A stretch of 64,000 bases of DNA from Macrostomum lignano (taxonomy: Eukaryota), in NCBI GenBank assembly GCA_002269645.1, contig NIVC01001887.1, positions 186,001-250,000 on the forward strand, written 5' to 3'. The notes below the pieces were generated by a model, which had not been told where the DNA came from, made no database searches, and was given only the letters and a program-made list of their open reading frames with translations. Below are positions 51,561 to 61,289 of the stretch, in pieces (the first letter of the stretch is position 1; every line of letters starts with the position of its first letter). The translations under genes were made by a program, and so were the position numbers.

Positions 51561-52963
51561 GACTTGCTGTATGTCAGTGGTCCTTGGTCCGTGTCTTTTC
51601 CGCTTGTTCGCTCATATTGAGGCTTGAGGCCTGTATGTAAATTTATATATCTGACTTGCTTATAAGATAAATAGCGTACAACACTAGAAAATATTGTAAT
51701 GCATAAAGATTGTACCAGGTAGCACTTCAATATTGAGAATTTTGTTCCTTTGTCAATTTTTAACCCACAAGAACGAAAATAAAATTATTTTACTACATTA
51801 ATATTATGACTGTGCTAATACTGATATTATTACTGAAAAGGAGTGCAAAGGGCTTACAATCACAGCAGTTAGTCAATGAAAATTGTGTCGTGGCCTGCAG
51901 CCGTTTCACTGGCAGTCTTCTCGCTGAAAATGGCATGTCTTAGCCTCATTAAGCCGAGTTTCTCCTTGGGCTGAGATACAATCCTAGAGCAAATATGAAG
52001 GCAGCATAATGCGGTGTTTTTATCAAAGATCAGGTGCGGCATTTCCTGGAAAATTCTATTCTTGCTTGAGGCCTGCGAGGTCCTAAAATCTGAAGCCACT
52101 GAAGCCGCTAAGCTATTTCGATGTCAGAGAGGCTTGGTACAGCTGTTAATGTTCATTGGTTTAAAGAAGCAGATCGCCAGAACCTCTTAACTGCGAAAAC
52201 GACAACCAAGGACGAGAAAGACGGTTTTTATCAATATTATGTTGACCTGTTAGTCGCTTGAGTATTCTATGGTGCTGCACATTTTCGCAACCTTTGTTGG
52301 AACCTCACTGCCCCATCTCTCCCAAAAACCATGACTATCATTTAGCTTTTTGGCTACGCGCTAAAATCCGGATCTCTTCAATTTGGTTGAAGTCTCACAG
52401 TTTCGGCAGAGCGGAGCGGCAATTATTGCCAGTGCAGCAATCAGCTCTCCAGCTCCCCGCAAAAGCCTCAGCGGGAAAATGCAAATCGCAACTGTTGTTG
52501 CTTCCGAGAAGTACAAACGGACAGAATTTGACCTAGTCCGTTCGAACTCGACCCCCCCTAGTTCAGCTGTGGAAGAGTGGAGTTCGCACAGGACTCATCC
52601 TATCGCTATCGCGCGATTCTCACAGATCCTCATCTCTTATTTATTGCCAGCAGTCTCCACACTGAGCTCAGCGGTTCCAGTGGAGCGTTGCGGAGTCGAA
52701 ACTGTTTCGTCCGCACACAGTTGCTGCTAGAAATCCCGATACCGGTGAGTTTTTTCAAGATCGGTCAAACACGAGAGTATTGCAGTTACAGTGTATATGT
52801 ATTTAGTCTGAATTCTCAGTCAAACTCAGAACCCTTAGGACTCCAGAAACGTCATGAGACGTCATCGCAAGGCTTTACCAGGGTACCGCACGAGTTCACA
52901 TCTTCCTTGAGTTTGTGTGAACCTCCACTACCAGTAGCCCTTTCGTTAGATTTTTCAAGCATG

Positions 52964-53287
52964 GAGTAGTTGTAACCTAGTGGTTAGAGCGTCGGACTCA
53001 CGACTTGAAGGTTGGGGGTTCGATTCCCGATCCCACTGGAACAGTTCGTGTCCTTGAGCAAGGCACTTATCTCTGCATTGCTTCAGTTTACCCAGCTGTA
53101 AAATTGGTGCCAGCATTAGCTGGGGTAATTGAGGGTGTGTGTGGCGACCCCCCCAGTCCTTGGACTGAATAGCCGCACGCAACCTTCAGATGCGCCGCGC
53201 AATAGCTGCGGCTGAGCTGTCGGTTGCACAGCTGGCCCAACTGGAGCAGGTGTAATCAATTATTATTTATTATTATTATTCTTATGA
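52964..53287 (+). mobile_element. Full-length tRNA-derived CORE-like SINE with (ATT)n tail and 9-bp TSD
   Basis: A box TAACCTAGTGGTT, B box GGTTCGATTCC, CORE-like GTGTCCTTGAGCAAGGCACTTATCTCTG..CTTCAGTTT..CTGTAAAA, ATT tail. TCAAGCATG at 52955-52963 and 53288-53296. Confidence 0.9.
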
Positions 53288-53370
53288 TCAAGCATGAATA
53301 ATAATTGTGAAGATTGGGCGTAATCTACATACACAGTAAGCGGGTGACGCCAGGGTGTACAGTAGCGCCA

Positions 53371-53952
53371 ATGACTTGCTGTCTAAATTCCCAGGAAGTC
53401 CCAGACACAGTCGGCAGCACAAAGTCCCCAATGACCAGACTCAACTTCGTGAAGGAGGCAGGCGGCCTTTATGGGCAAAACTTGGCCAACGGGCTGACCT
53501 TCGGGATAACAGCGCTGCACAACTGGGCCACCGGCTGCCCCTGGCGCCTCGACAGCATCGGCTTCACCGTCCCGTTCGCCATATTCAACGTGGCCGCCTT
53601 TGTCGCCCTGCTGCCGTTCGCCTTCGACTGCTGCCGCCGTGGCTGCGGACGCCAGCAGCGTCGCCAAGCGCTGGTCGGCGTGTTCGCCGCGCTGTCCATC
53701 GTAGGCGCCCTGATGTCGCTCTCTGGCTTCTGCCTGTTCCTCAACGATAGACTGCTCACAGATGAAGCAGAGTTCATCAAGCGCGGCGGGGCCTGCAGAG
53801 ACAGCCAGAGCAGCGCGAACCTGCCCGGCTCTCTGTACACGGCCAGCTCCGCCTACTCGGTCTTCCTGCTGATCGCGGCGAGCGTCACCTGTTGCACCAA
53901 GCGGCGGCCGCTTCGCTTTCTGGCCACGGACGAGGCGCCCGTGTCCATGTGA
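53371..53952 (+). CDS. Four-TM (MS4A/CD20-like topology) module 1; probably an exon ending at 53948
   Basis: Hydrophobic segments GLTFGITALHNWA (weak), IGFTVPFAIFNVAAFVALLPFAF, ALVGVFAALSIVGALMSLSGFCLFL, LYTASSAYSVFLLIAASVTCC; CPWRL motif. The stop codon lies inside AT|GTGAGG. Start uncertain (ATG 53371 or 53431, or acceptor 53394). Confidence 0.72.
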   Translation: MTCCLNSQEVPDTVGSTKSPMTRLNFVKEAGGLYGQNLANGLTFGITALHNWATGCPWRLDSIGFTVPFAIFNVAAFVALLPFAFDCCRRGCGRQQRRQALVGVFAALSIVGALMSLSGFCLFLNDRLLTDEAEFIKRGGACRDSQSSANLPGSLYTASSAYSVFLLIAASVTCCTKRRPLRFLATDEAPVSM

Positions 53953-53994
53953 GGCTTGAGCAATTTTCTCCAAGTTCCTTGAAATGATTTGATG

Positions 53995-54306
53995 GCCTGG
54001 CGCAGACCCGTCTGTACCAACCAATCGTCCCTCAGATTCCCTGGCGCAGACCCGTCCGTACCAACCAATCGTCCCTCAGATTCCCTGGCGCAGACCCGTC
54101 TGTACCAATCAATTGTCCCTCAGATTCCCTGGTGCAGACCCGTCTGTACCAACCAATTGTCCCTCAGATTCCCTGGCGCAGACCCGTCTGTACCAACCAA
54201 TTGTCCCTCAGATTCCCTAGCGCAGACCCGTCTGTACCAACCAATTGTCCCTCAGATTCCCTAGCGCAGACCCGTCTGTACCAACCAATTGTCCCTCAGA
54301 TTCCCC
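53995..54306. repeat. 44-bp minisatellite, ~7 copies, each containing the acceptor TGTCCCTCAG|ATTCCC
   Basis: AGs at 54035, 54079, 54123, 54167, 54211, 54255, 54299. Confidence 0.93.
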
Positions 54307-54888
54307 AAGAACAGAAAGCCCAGCAAGTCGGTGCTCGGCGGCATTCTCTCACTCACGGGTCTCGTCACCGCCTGCATCTGCGCCGCCTTCTTGGCCTTTG
54401 ACTGCCCGGACTGGCGGCTCGGCTTCACCTGCTGCCTGGCCATCGGCTGCTTTTTCATCGTCTGCGGCTTCGTGGCTCTGCCGTTTTGCAAGAAAGACTT
54501 TCACTCTTCCGCCAGCTACCCGCCGCTGTTTGTCGCCTGCCTGACCCTGGCGGCCGTTTGCCACTGCCTGTCCTGGGGCGGCGCTGCTGTCGCTTTTGTC
54601 AGCTACGGCGGCAGCTCAGGCCAAGTGGGAGTTGGCGACAGCGCCAAGATGTGGATGGCCGTCCATCACAGCCGCAACTTCACGCTGCAGAACTACGAAG
54701 ACGTGTGCAACGGCGGCAGCACCTACCTCGCCATCGTGTCAGTTCTGCAGGTCCTGCTCTCCGCTGCCTACCTGATCGCTCTGGCCGTTCTGTACTACCA
54801 ATTCGAGAGACTTCCGGTGAGCAGGTCAACTGATGAAGCCGAGGCGGCAGTAGCGTCCGAAGATGCGGAGGCGGCTGAGGAAAGGTGA
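54300..54888 (+). CDS. Four-TM module 2; probable phase-2/2 exon 54300-54884
   Basis: TMs SVLGGILSLTGLVTACICAAFLAF, GFTCCLAIGCFFIVCGFVALPFC, LFVACLTLAAVCHCLSWGGAAVAFV, YLAIVSVLQVLLSAAYLIALAVLYY; CPDWRL motif. No Met before TM1. Ends AG|GTGAGC. Confidence 0.82.
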
Positions 54889-55840
54889 GCAATTATTAAG
54901 AGTATCAAAGTGCTTGAATATTGAAAATGCTGAAGTATTGCAGGACCCAGTCAGCATGAATCTGTAGCTGAACCCATTTCCCGAATACATGGAGCACAAG
55001 AAATATGCGGCAAAATCTCTCGCAACTGGCCTAAAAGAAAGCCAACTTTCCGACTTTATTCAAGCCCTATTGCGACTTTATACAAGTTTGCAATAGTCGC
55101 TCATATATACATGTAAATTGATACTAGTGGCTCATATATATATTTACTTTTATACTAGTGGCTCATATATTACATACTAGTGGCTCATATATACATACTA
55201 GCGGCTTCTGCCTCAGTCCCACTACTAGAGAACTTCTCTGCGAAACCGAGGCTGGTCCATCGCCCGATTCACTGCAGATCCCATACTAGAGCCGCTCAGC
55301 CATCTCTCTGGCCCAGCGAGCCAGAATTCGTTTCCGAAACATATCAGGGATGGCCCGAGAAGCGCATCAATCAAACAGAGTCAAAACCCGCCGCTAAGCT
55401 AATCCATCCGCCCGGCTTGCTGAAAGCTGGCTGTTGAAACTCTATTTTTAAAAGAATTTTTAAACGAGAGTACATATTACTGCTATTGGGATAATATACG
55501 TATATAATGGGGACCCAAAATGCAACATAAATTCATGTGCACTCAAATTCATGTGTGCTCAAATTCATGTGCACTCAAATTCATGTGTGCACTTCATGTG
55601 CGCTCAAATTCATGTGCACTCAAATTCATGTGCACTCAAATTCATGTGCACTCAAATTCATGTGCACTCAAATGCATGTGCGCTCAAATTCATGTGCACT
55701 CAAATTCATGTGCACTCAAATGCATGTGCGCTCAAATTCATGTGCACTCAAATTCATGTGCACTCAAATTCATGTGCACTCAAATTCATGTGCACTCAAA
55801 TGCATGTGCGCTCAAATTCATGTGCACTCAAATTCATGTG

Positions 55841-58236
55841 TGTAGTGCGCTTGTGTAGGTGCAGAAGTTAGGCTCTCATGGCCGTATATTTAAGCATTAT
55901 ATATACTAGTGAGCACAACGAGCTAGTGAGCACAACGTGCCACTGTTGCGTAATAGTGCGAGGGCGTACACGCACGTGGGGGAAGGCTAAAGTGAGAGAG
56001 CGAAGGAGAGACCCGCAATAGCAGTGCACTACATCTCTCCCCCAACCAAAAAAGTACAAAGCCTTAGAATTAGGAAGTAGAAATTAGATAACTTCGCAGG
56101 TTAAGCATAACCAAACTTAAACATTTGATACATTTAAGTAAATTTATGTAATTTGCGCATATGTAATTTGTTCAATTAATAGAGCCCGGCTGTGCTGCTG
56201 TGGCATTGTGTCCCGCTGACGTGTTGCTGCTCAGCCGGTGGACTTCCAATAGCCAATCGCACAGCTTCGGTTACTTGCTGGCGCAGCGCCGATTGAAATT
56301 AGCGGCGCGCCGTCTGGTCACCAGCTTCTAGTCGCGCTCTGACGACTGCTGAACGTCTCCTGCTGTGTCTGCCATCCGCTGTTGGCCGGCTGGGAGTGTC
56401 TCGCGCGCGTCACCGCCTCCGATGTTCTGGTGCAGGCGTCGCCTTGACAGAGCCGCCTGCGCCTGCCGGACCATGCCGGGCCACCAGACCTCCTTCCGCA
56501 GCCGGTCGATGGCCTTTCTCCTGCCGAATTGACCCTGGTGGGCCCAACTGATGGTCTGCTGCTGAAGCGCTGCGGGTACAACGATCCTGCCGCCCCTGAG
56601 CAGCATGCCGTCCCGCACCAGAAGCTCTCGCTTGAGCGAGTGGAAGCTGCTCGCCTGGGCTGTAGCGCCGAAGCGCCAGTTGCCAGTCGCCAGCGCCTGC
56701 ATGACGAAGTTCAGAGCCGGGTCCCGAGCAGTGGCCTCGCGGATGCTGTTGTTGGTCGGGCCTTCCAATGCGAACTCGCCGGTGCTGAGCTGCTGCAGCG
56801 ATACTCTGTCGTGGGCTGGTTGCTCGTCATTAAGAGCATCGGTCAGACTTGTAGCCTCTCTGGCCGGTGCCCGGGCCTGCGTCTCCAGACTCAGCAGCTG
56901 CAGGGATGTAGAGGTTGCACGGCCGAGCACACTGATGCCGCTACCGGGGACGATGATGAAGCTGGCCAGCTGAACCCTCGGGCCAACTGAGACTCGCAGG
57001 CTGCAGACTCCCCGAGTGCGCAGAGGTTTTGCTGAGCGATATGGGAAGATCCTCTTTGTCGTCGGCTGCAGGCCTGGGGGCCCCGGGAGCTTCCGCCAGG
57101 CTGCCTCGGTGAGGATGTTACAGTCGGCTCCGCTGTCCACCAGCACCTGCACTGGAGTCGCTTCTACCAGCACGGTAGCCAGAGCCGCTGTCGCGCTCGT
57201 GTCAGAGGCCATCACGGTAAGGCAGAAGACGTCGTCCTCTTCACCTAAACTGTCGCTGCCGACTCGCAGAGCTCGCACGTCCTCTGGCCTGGACAAGCAG
57301 GCCTTGGCGAGGTGATTCGGCTTGCCGCATCGGTTGCAGGTCTTGCCTACCGCTGCGCTGCAGCTGCGGTGGCCGAAGTTGCCGCAGCGAATGCACTTTG
57401 GCTGCTTGCGATCGGCTGTCTGTGTGGCTGATTCCTGCGGCTGCTCTGGCGGGCTGGACTCGCGCTTGCGCAGCCGCTGCACGGTCGCTGCGCTGGTCTC
57501 TATGAGGCTGGCCTGCGACTCCGCTGCCTCCATGGCCCTGGCCACCCGAAGCGCCTGCTCCAGGTCGACGTTGTCGATCGCTAGCAGCTTGCGGCGAAGC
57601 TGCTCTGAACTGCAGCCGGCGATCACCTGGTCACGGATCAGGGAGTCTCTGAGGCCCTCGAAGCCGCAGCAGTCGGCAGCATCTTTGAGGCGCTGGAGCC
57701 ATTCGTCGATGGGCTCGCCAGACCGCTGCGTGCACAACCTGAACTGATAGCGGGTGAACGGGAGATTCCGCTTGCTGTCGAAGTGGTCGTTAAGCGCGGC
57801 TACGAGTGTTTCAACGTCTTTGCCTGCTGCCTCTTTGTCGCCGAGACCGGCCACAATCGTCTGCAAGTCCTCTCCGGCTGTATACAGCAAAAGCTGGCGA
57901 AGCCGCTTTTTGTCTTCGATGTTTGCAGCCACAGCAAAAAGTTCAAATTGTGCGTACCACTTTTTCCATTTGGTCTGAGCCGTGTTGGGGTCTGTTCGCA
58001 GGTCCAAGCGCGCTGGGCTTGGTAAGTTTAGCTGCGACGCCATTGTAGTGCGCTTGTGTAGGTGCAGAAGTTAGGCTCTCATGGCCGTATATTTAAGCAT
58101 TATATATACTAGTGAGCACAACGAGCTAGTGAGCACAACGTGCCACTGTTGCGTAATAGTGCGAGGGCGTACACGCACGTGGGGGAAGGCTAAAGTGAGA
58201 GAGCGAAGGAGAGACCCGCAATAGCAGTGCACTACA
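55841..58236 (-). mobile_element. Young non-autonomous Gypsy (Mag-like) LTR retrotransposon, 2396 bp
   Basis: 193-bp LTRs TGTAGTG...CACTACA at 55841-56033 and 58044-58236, identical by eye. TSD ATGTG. PBS-like TGGCG after the 5' LTR. PPT GGTTGGGGGAGAGA before the 3' LTR. Confidence 0.95.
56328..58043 (-). CDS. Retroelement Gag-protease ORF (571 aa) fused to a degenerate integrase N-terminal region; no RT, RNase H or DDE core
   Basis: Gag KWKKWYAQFE..LLLYTAG, RYQFRLCTQRSGEPIDEW..LIRDQVIAG; knuckles CIRCGNFGH..C and CNRCGKPNHLAKAC; protease LVDSGADCNIL; then ATARDP..LLRGGRIVVP..AHQGQFG..RKEVWWPGM. Confidence 0.92.
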   Translation of the reverse strand: MASQLNLPSPARLDLRTDPNTAQTKWKKWYAQFELFAVAANIEDKKRLRQLLLYTAGEDLQTIVAGLGDKEAAGKDVETLVAALNDHFDSKRNLPFTRYQFRLCTQRSGEPIDEWLQRLKDAADCCGFEGLRDSLIRDQVIAGCSSEQLRRKLLAIDNVDLEQALRVARAMEAAESQASLIETSAATVQRLRKRESSPPEQPQESATQTADRKQPKCIRCGNFGHRSCSAAVGKTCNRCGKPNHLAKACLSRPEDVRALRVGSDSLGEEDDVFCLTVMASDTSATAALATVLVEATPVQVLVDSGADCNILTEAAWRKLPGPPGLQPTTKRIFPYRSAKPLRTRGVCSLRVSVGPRVQLASFIIVPGSGISVLGRATSTSLQLLSLETQARAPAREATSLTDALNDEQPAHDRVSLQQLSTGEFALEGPTNNSIREATARDPALNFVMQALATGNWRFGATAQASSFHSLKRELLVRDGMLLRGGRIVVPAALQQQTISWAHQGQFGRRKAIDRLRKEVWWPGMVRQAQAALSRRRLHQNIGGGDARETLPAGQQRMADTAGDVQQSSERD

Positions 58237-58344
58237 ATGTGCACTCAAATTCATGTGCACTCAAATTCATGTGCACTCAAATTCATGTGCACTCAAATTC
58301 ATGTGCACGCACTCAAATTCATATACACTCCCCGCGCTTTTCAG

Positions 58345-59338
58345 TCAAGAGGCGAATGCGCCGCCGCCCACAGACCCCGAGCTTGGCGCGAGGTCCATCG
58401 GCGCCAGCGGGCTCTGCCTGGCGCTCTCGGGCAGCGCCGGAGTCGTCGCAAGTGCCGCCTACCTCTGCCTCAGCTGTCCTTGGCAGCTGGGCGGCCTGGT
58501 CAGCAGCTTGGTGCTCGGCCTCATCCTTGTCGCAGCCGGAGCTCCCGCGTGCGCCCTGCTTCAACGACGGCACTTTGCCAGGTCTGGCAGCCTCATTCCC
58601 GCCATCATCGGGCTGACTGCCGTCTGCATCTGCGTGTCGCTTTGCCAGCTGGTGTTCATGGTGACCGAGCTGGGGGTCATCAAGTCCAGAAAGTGGGCCC
58701 AGCAGCTCCAGGGGGAGCAGTCGGTCCTGCTGTTTTATGCCGAGGTTCCGCCTCAAAGGAATGAAGAAATCTGCGAAACTCGGTCGCTGTTTCTCATAGT
58801 TTATGGCGTTGGGACATTTGGCCTGTGTGTTGTGCACCTTATTCTGGCCTCCTACTGCTATCACTTCTTCAAGAAGCAGCGGGGTCTGGCTGTCACTGCT
58901 GATGCTGTCTCTTCTGAGGCTCAGGAGACACCTGGAGCTACGGCCGAGGCGGGTAAGCAGGCTGGCAGCGGTGAGGCGGACAATGAGTCAGAAGACAAAA
59001 ATACGCCAGCCAATCAGGAGGAAGATGAGTCAGCGGACAAGATGACGCCAGCCAATCAGGAGGATGATGAGTCAGCGGACAAGACGACGCCAGCCAATCA
59101 GGAGGATGATGAGTCAGCGGACAAGACGACGCCAGCCAATCAGGAGGATGATGAGTCAGCGGACAAGACGACGCCAGCCAATCAGGAGGATGATGAGTCA
59201 GCGGACAAGACGACGCCAGCCAATCAGGAGGATGATGAGTCAGCGGACAAGACGACGCCAGCCAATCAGGAGGATGATGAGTCAGCGGACAAGACAACGC
59301 CAGCCAATCAGGAGGATGAGTCAAGCTACCCCAAATGA
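58345..59338 (+). CDS. Four-TM module 3 with an acidic 14-aa repeat tail (DESADKTTPANQED; 42-bp unit ~59000-59320)
   Basis: Acceptor cttttcAG|T CAA (phase 2). TMs SGLCLALSGSAGVVASAAYLCL, GGLVSSLVLGLILVAAGAPACALL, LIPAIIGLTAVCICVSLCQLVFMV, LFLIVYGVGTFGLCVVHLILASYCY; CPWQL motif. No Met before TM1. The 3' boundary is uncertain. Confidence 0.8.
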
Positions 59339-59894
59339 GCACAAGCAGTCTGTCGCTGACTTTTAATAGCAAATTCGGCAATTTTTATTTTGTTTTTTCC
59401 TAAGCACAAATTTTAGCTATGCTATTAGACACAATACTGAAAACTAATTTCTTCAAATTATTCAGCACATCTAGTAGCCACTATTGATAGCACAACGTTT
59501 TAGTCGCAAAACTAGCTTACATATTTTATAAATGCTAAAGGCTTTAAATAACTTTATTTTGTATTAATTCTGAGCCTTTTATGCAAAAGTCACATTAGAA
59601 ACGCTTAAACCGCATGTTAATGGAAAGTACAGCTTAGCTACCAAAATTTTTTCAATGCATAGCACTATTTGAAATTTTTTACTCTCGAAAGGTTATTAGA
59701 AATTTTATATCTCTACCGTACAAAAATCGCTAATGTTATCAATTAAGAATATTATCAACATTAGGAATTTTTAAGCGAATATTTCAAGACCACTGAATTA
59801 TCCGATTTTACCTACGGTACCAGGTTTCAATAGTCCATGACCAGAAGTGCTCAGAGTTGGTAGTCCCCAGAGTAGAGTAAAGCTTGCAGAGTCG

Positions 59895-60625
59895 AGAGTC
59901 AGGATCCCCAGAGTCAGGACCCCCAGAGTCAGGAGTCCCCAGAGTCAGGACCCCCAGAGTCAGGAGTCCCCAGAGTCAGGAGTCCCCAGAGTCAGGATCC
60001 CCAGAGTCAGGACCCCCAGAGTCAGGAGTCCCCAGAGTCAGGAGTCCCTCAGAGTCAGGAGTCCCTCAGAGTCAGGAGTCCCCAGAGTCAGGAGTCCCCA
60101 GAGTCAAGAGTCGAGAGTCAGGAGTCCCCAGAGTCAAGAGTCGAGAGTCAGGAGTCTCCAGAGTCAGGAGTCCCCAGAGTCAAGAGTCGAGAGTCAGGAG
60201 TCTCCAGAGTCAGGAGTCCCCAGAGTCAAGAGTCGAGAGTCAGGAGTCCCCAGAGTCAAGAGTCGAGAGTCAGGAGTCTCCAGAGTCAGGAGTCCCCAGA
60301 GTCAAGAGTCGAGAGTCAGGAGTCTCCAGAGTCAGGAGTCCCCAGAGTCAAGAGTCGAGAGTCAGGAGTCTCCAGAGTCAAGAGTCGAGAGTCAGGAGTC
60401 TCCAGAGTCAGGAGTCCCCAGAGTCAGGAGTCCCCAGAGTCAGGAGTCCCCAGAGTCAAGAGTCGAGAGTCAGGAGTCTCCAGAGTCAGGAGTCCCCAAA
60501 GTCAGGAGTCCCCAGAGTCAGGAGTCTTCAGAGTCAGGAGTCCCTCAGAATTAGGAGTCCCTCAGAGCTAGGAGTCCCTCAGAGTTAGGTGTCAAGAATC
60601 AGGAATAGCGAGAGTCAGGAGTCGA
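59895..60625. repeat. 16-bp minisatellite (CAGAGTCAGGAGTCCC) with AGAGTCAAGAGTCG variants
   Basis: Direct periodicity. Confidence 0.93.
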
Positions 60626-60673
60626 GTTGAGCACATGTCTTTCTCAAGCTGTTTTATTCATAAACATTTGCAG

Positions 60674-61289
60674 CATCGGCAAGCCGATGGCCCGAGCCAC
60701 CAAGATACCGGTTGCCGCGGAGTCGTTGACCGGAGGATTCCTAGCTGCAATCGGGATTCTGGGCACCGGCGCCATCCTGGTACTGCTGGTGCCCAAGGGA
60801 ATCAGTGGAACCTCGCTGGGCCTGGTCTGCCTCTGCCTGGTGCTGGGAGTCTTCAGCACCGTCTGCGGCTGCCTGTCGTTCCCGCTGTGCCGCAGCGACT
60901 ACGCCAGGCTGGGCTGGTACCCGCGGCTCACCCTGGCCAGCGGCCTCCTGGCCACCTGTTGCTTCTGCCTGTCCGGGGCTGGCATTGTGGCGGTCATGTT
61001 CGACTGGGTTCTGTGCGATCAGTCGATTCGCGAGCTGGGCAAGGACTGCGGCTTCCCCTTCATTCTGCTGGGCAGCTTTCTGCTGTTTGAGCTCGTCTTC
61101 AGCCTGGTGCACATGGCCGCGCAGCTGGCCGTGCTGTTCAGGATCGTCAAGCACTCGGCCTGCCCTGGTGAGGCGGGCGCCGGTCAGGAGGCCGACAAAG
61201 AGGAAGACGGCAAGGAAGATGACGGAGCGGACTTGGATCAAGATGAAGGCGAGGCTGATGAAGCGTGCAGCGAGGCCGGCTCGTCTTAG
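60674..61289 (+). CDS. Four-TM module 4 with acidic C-terminus; probable terminal exon (has its own ATG at 60688)
   Basis: Acceptor atttgcAG|C ATC (phase 2). TMs LTGGFLAAIGILGTGAILVLLV, LGLVCLCLVLGVFSTVCGCLSFPLC, LTLASGLLATCCFCLSGAGIVAVMF, FILLGSFLLFELVFSLVHMAAQLAVLF. LSFPLCRSDY..YPRL resembles VALPFCKKDF..YPPL of module 2. Confidence 0.82.

Larger units (their letters stand above)
55528..58320. repeat. 16-bp minisatellite (CACTCAAATTCATGTG) split by the LTR insertion (55528-55840 and 58237-58320)
   Basis: The same unit appears on both sides of the element. Confidence 0.9.

Noticed and set aside
53314-61289. Treating the four hydrophobic ORFs as four complete single-exon genes, as the ORF track suggests
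   Set aside because: The listed starts of modules 2 and 3 fall in minisatellites and are non-ATG codons. Neither has a Met before TM1, and two stops coincide with GTGAG donors.
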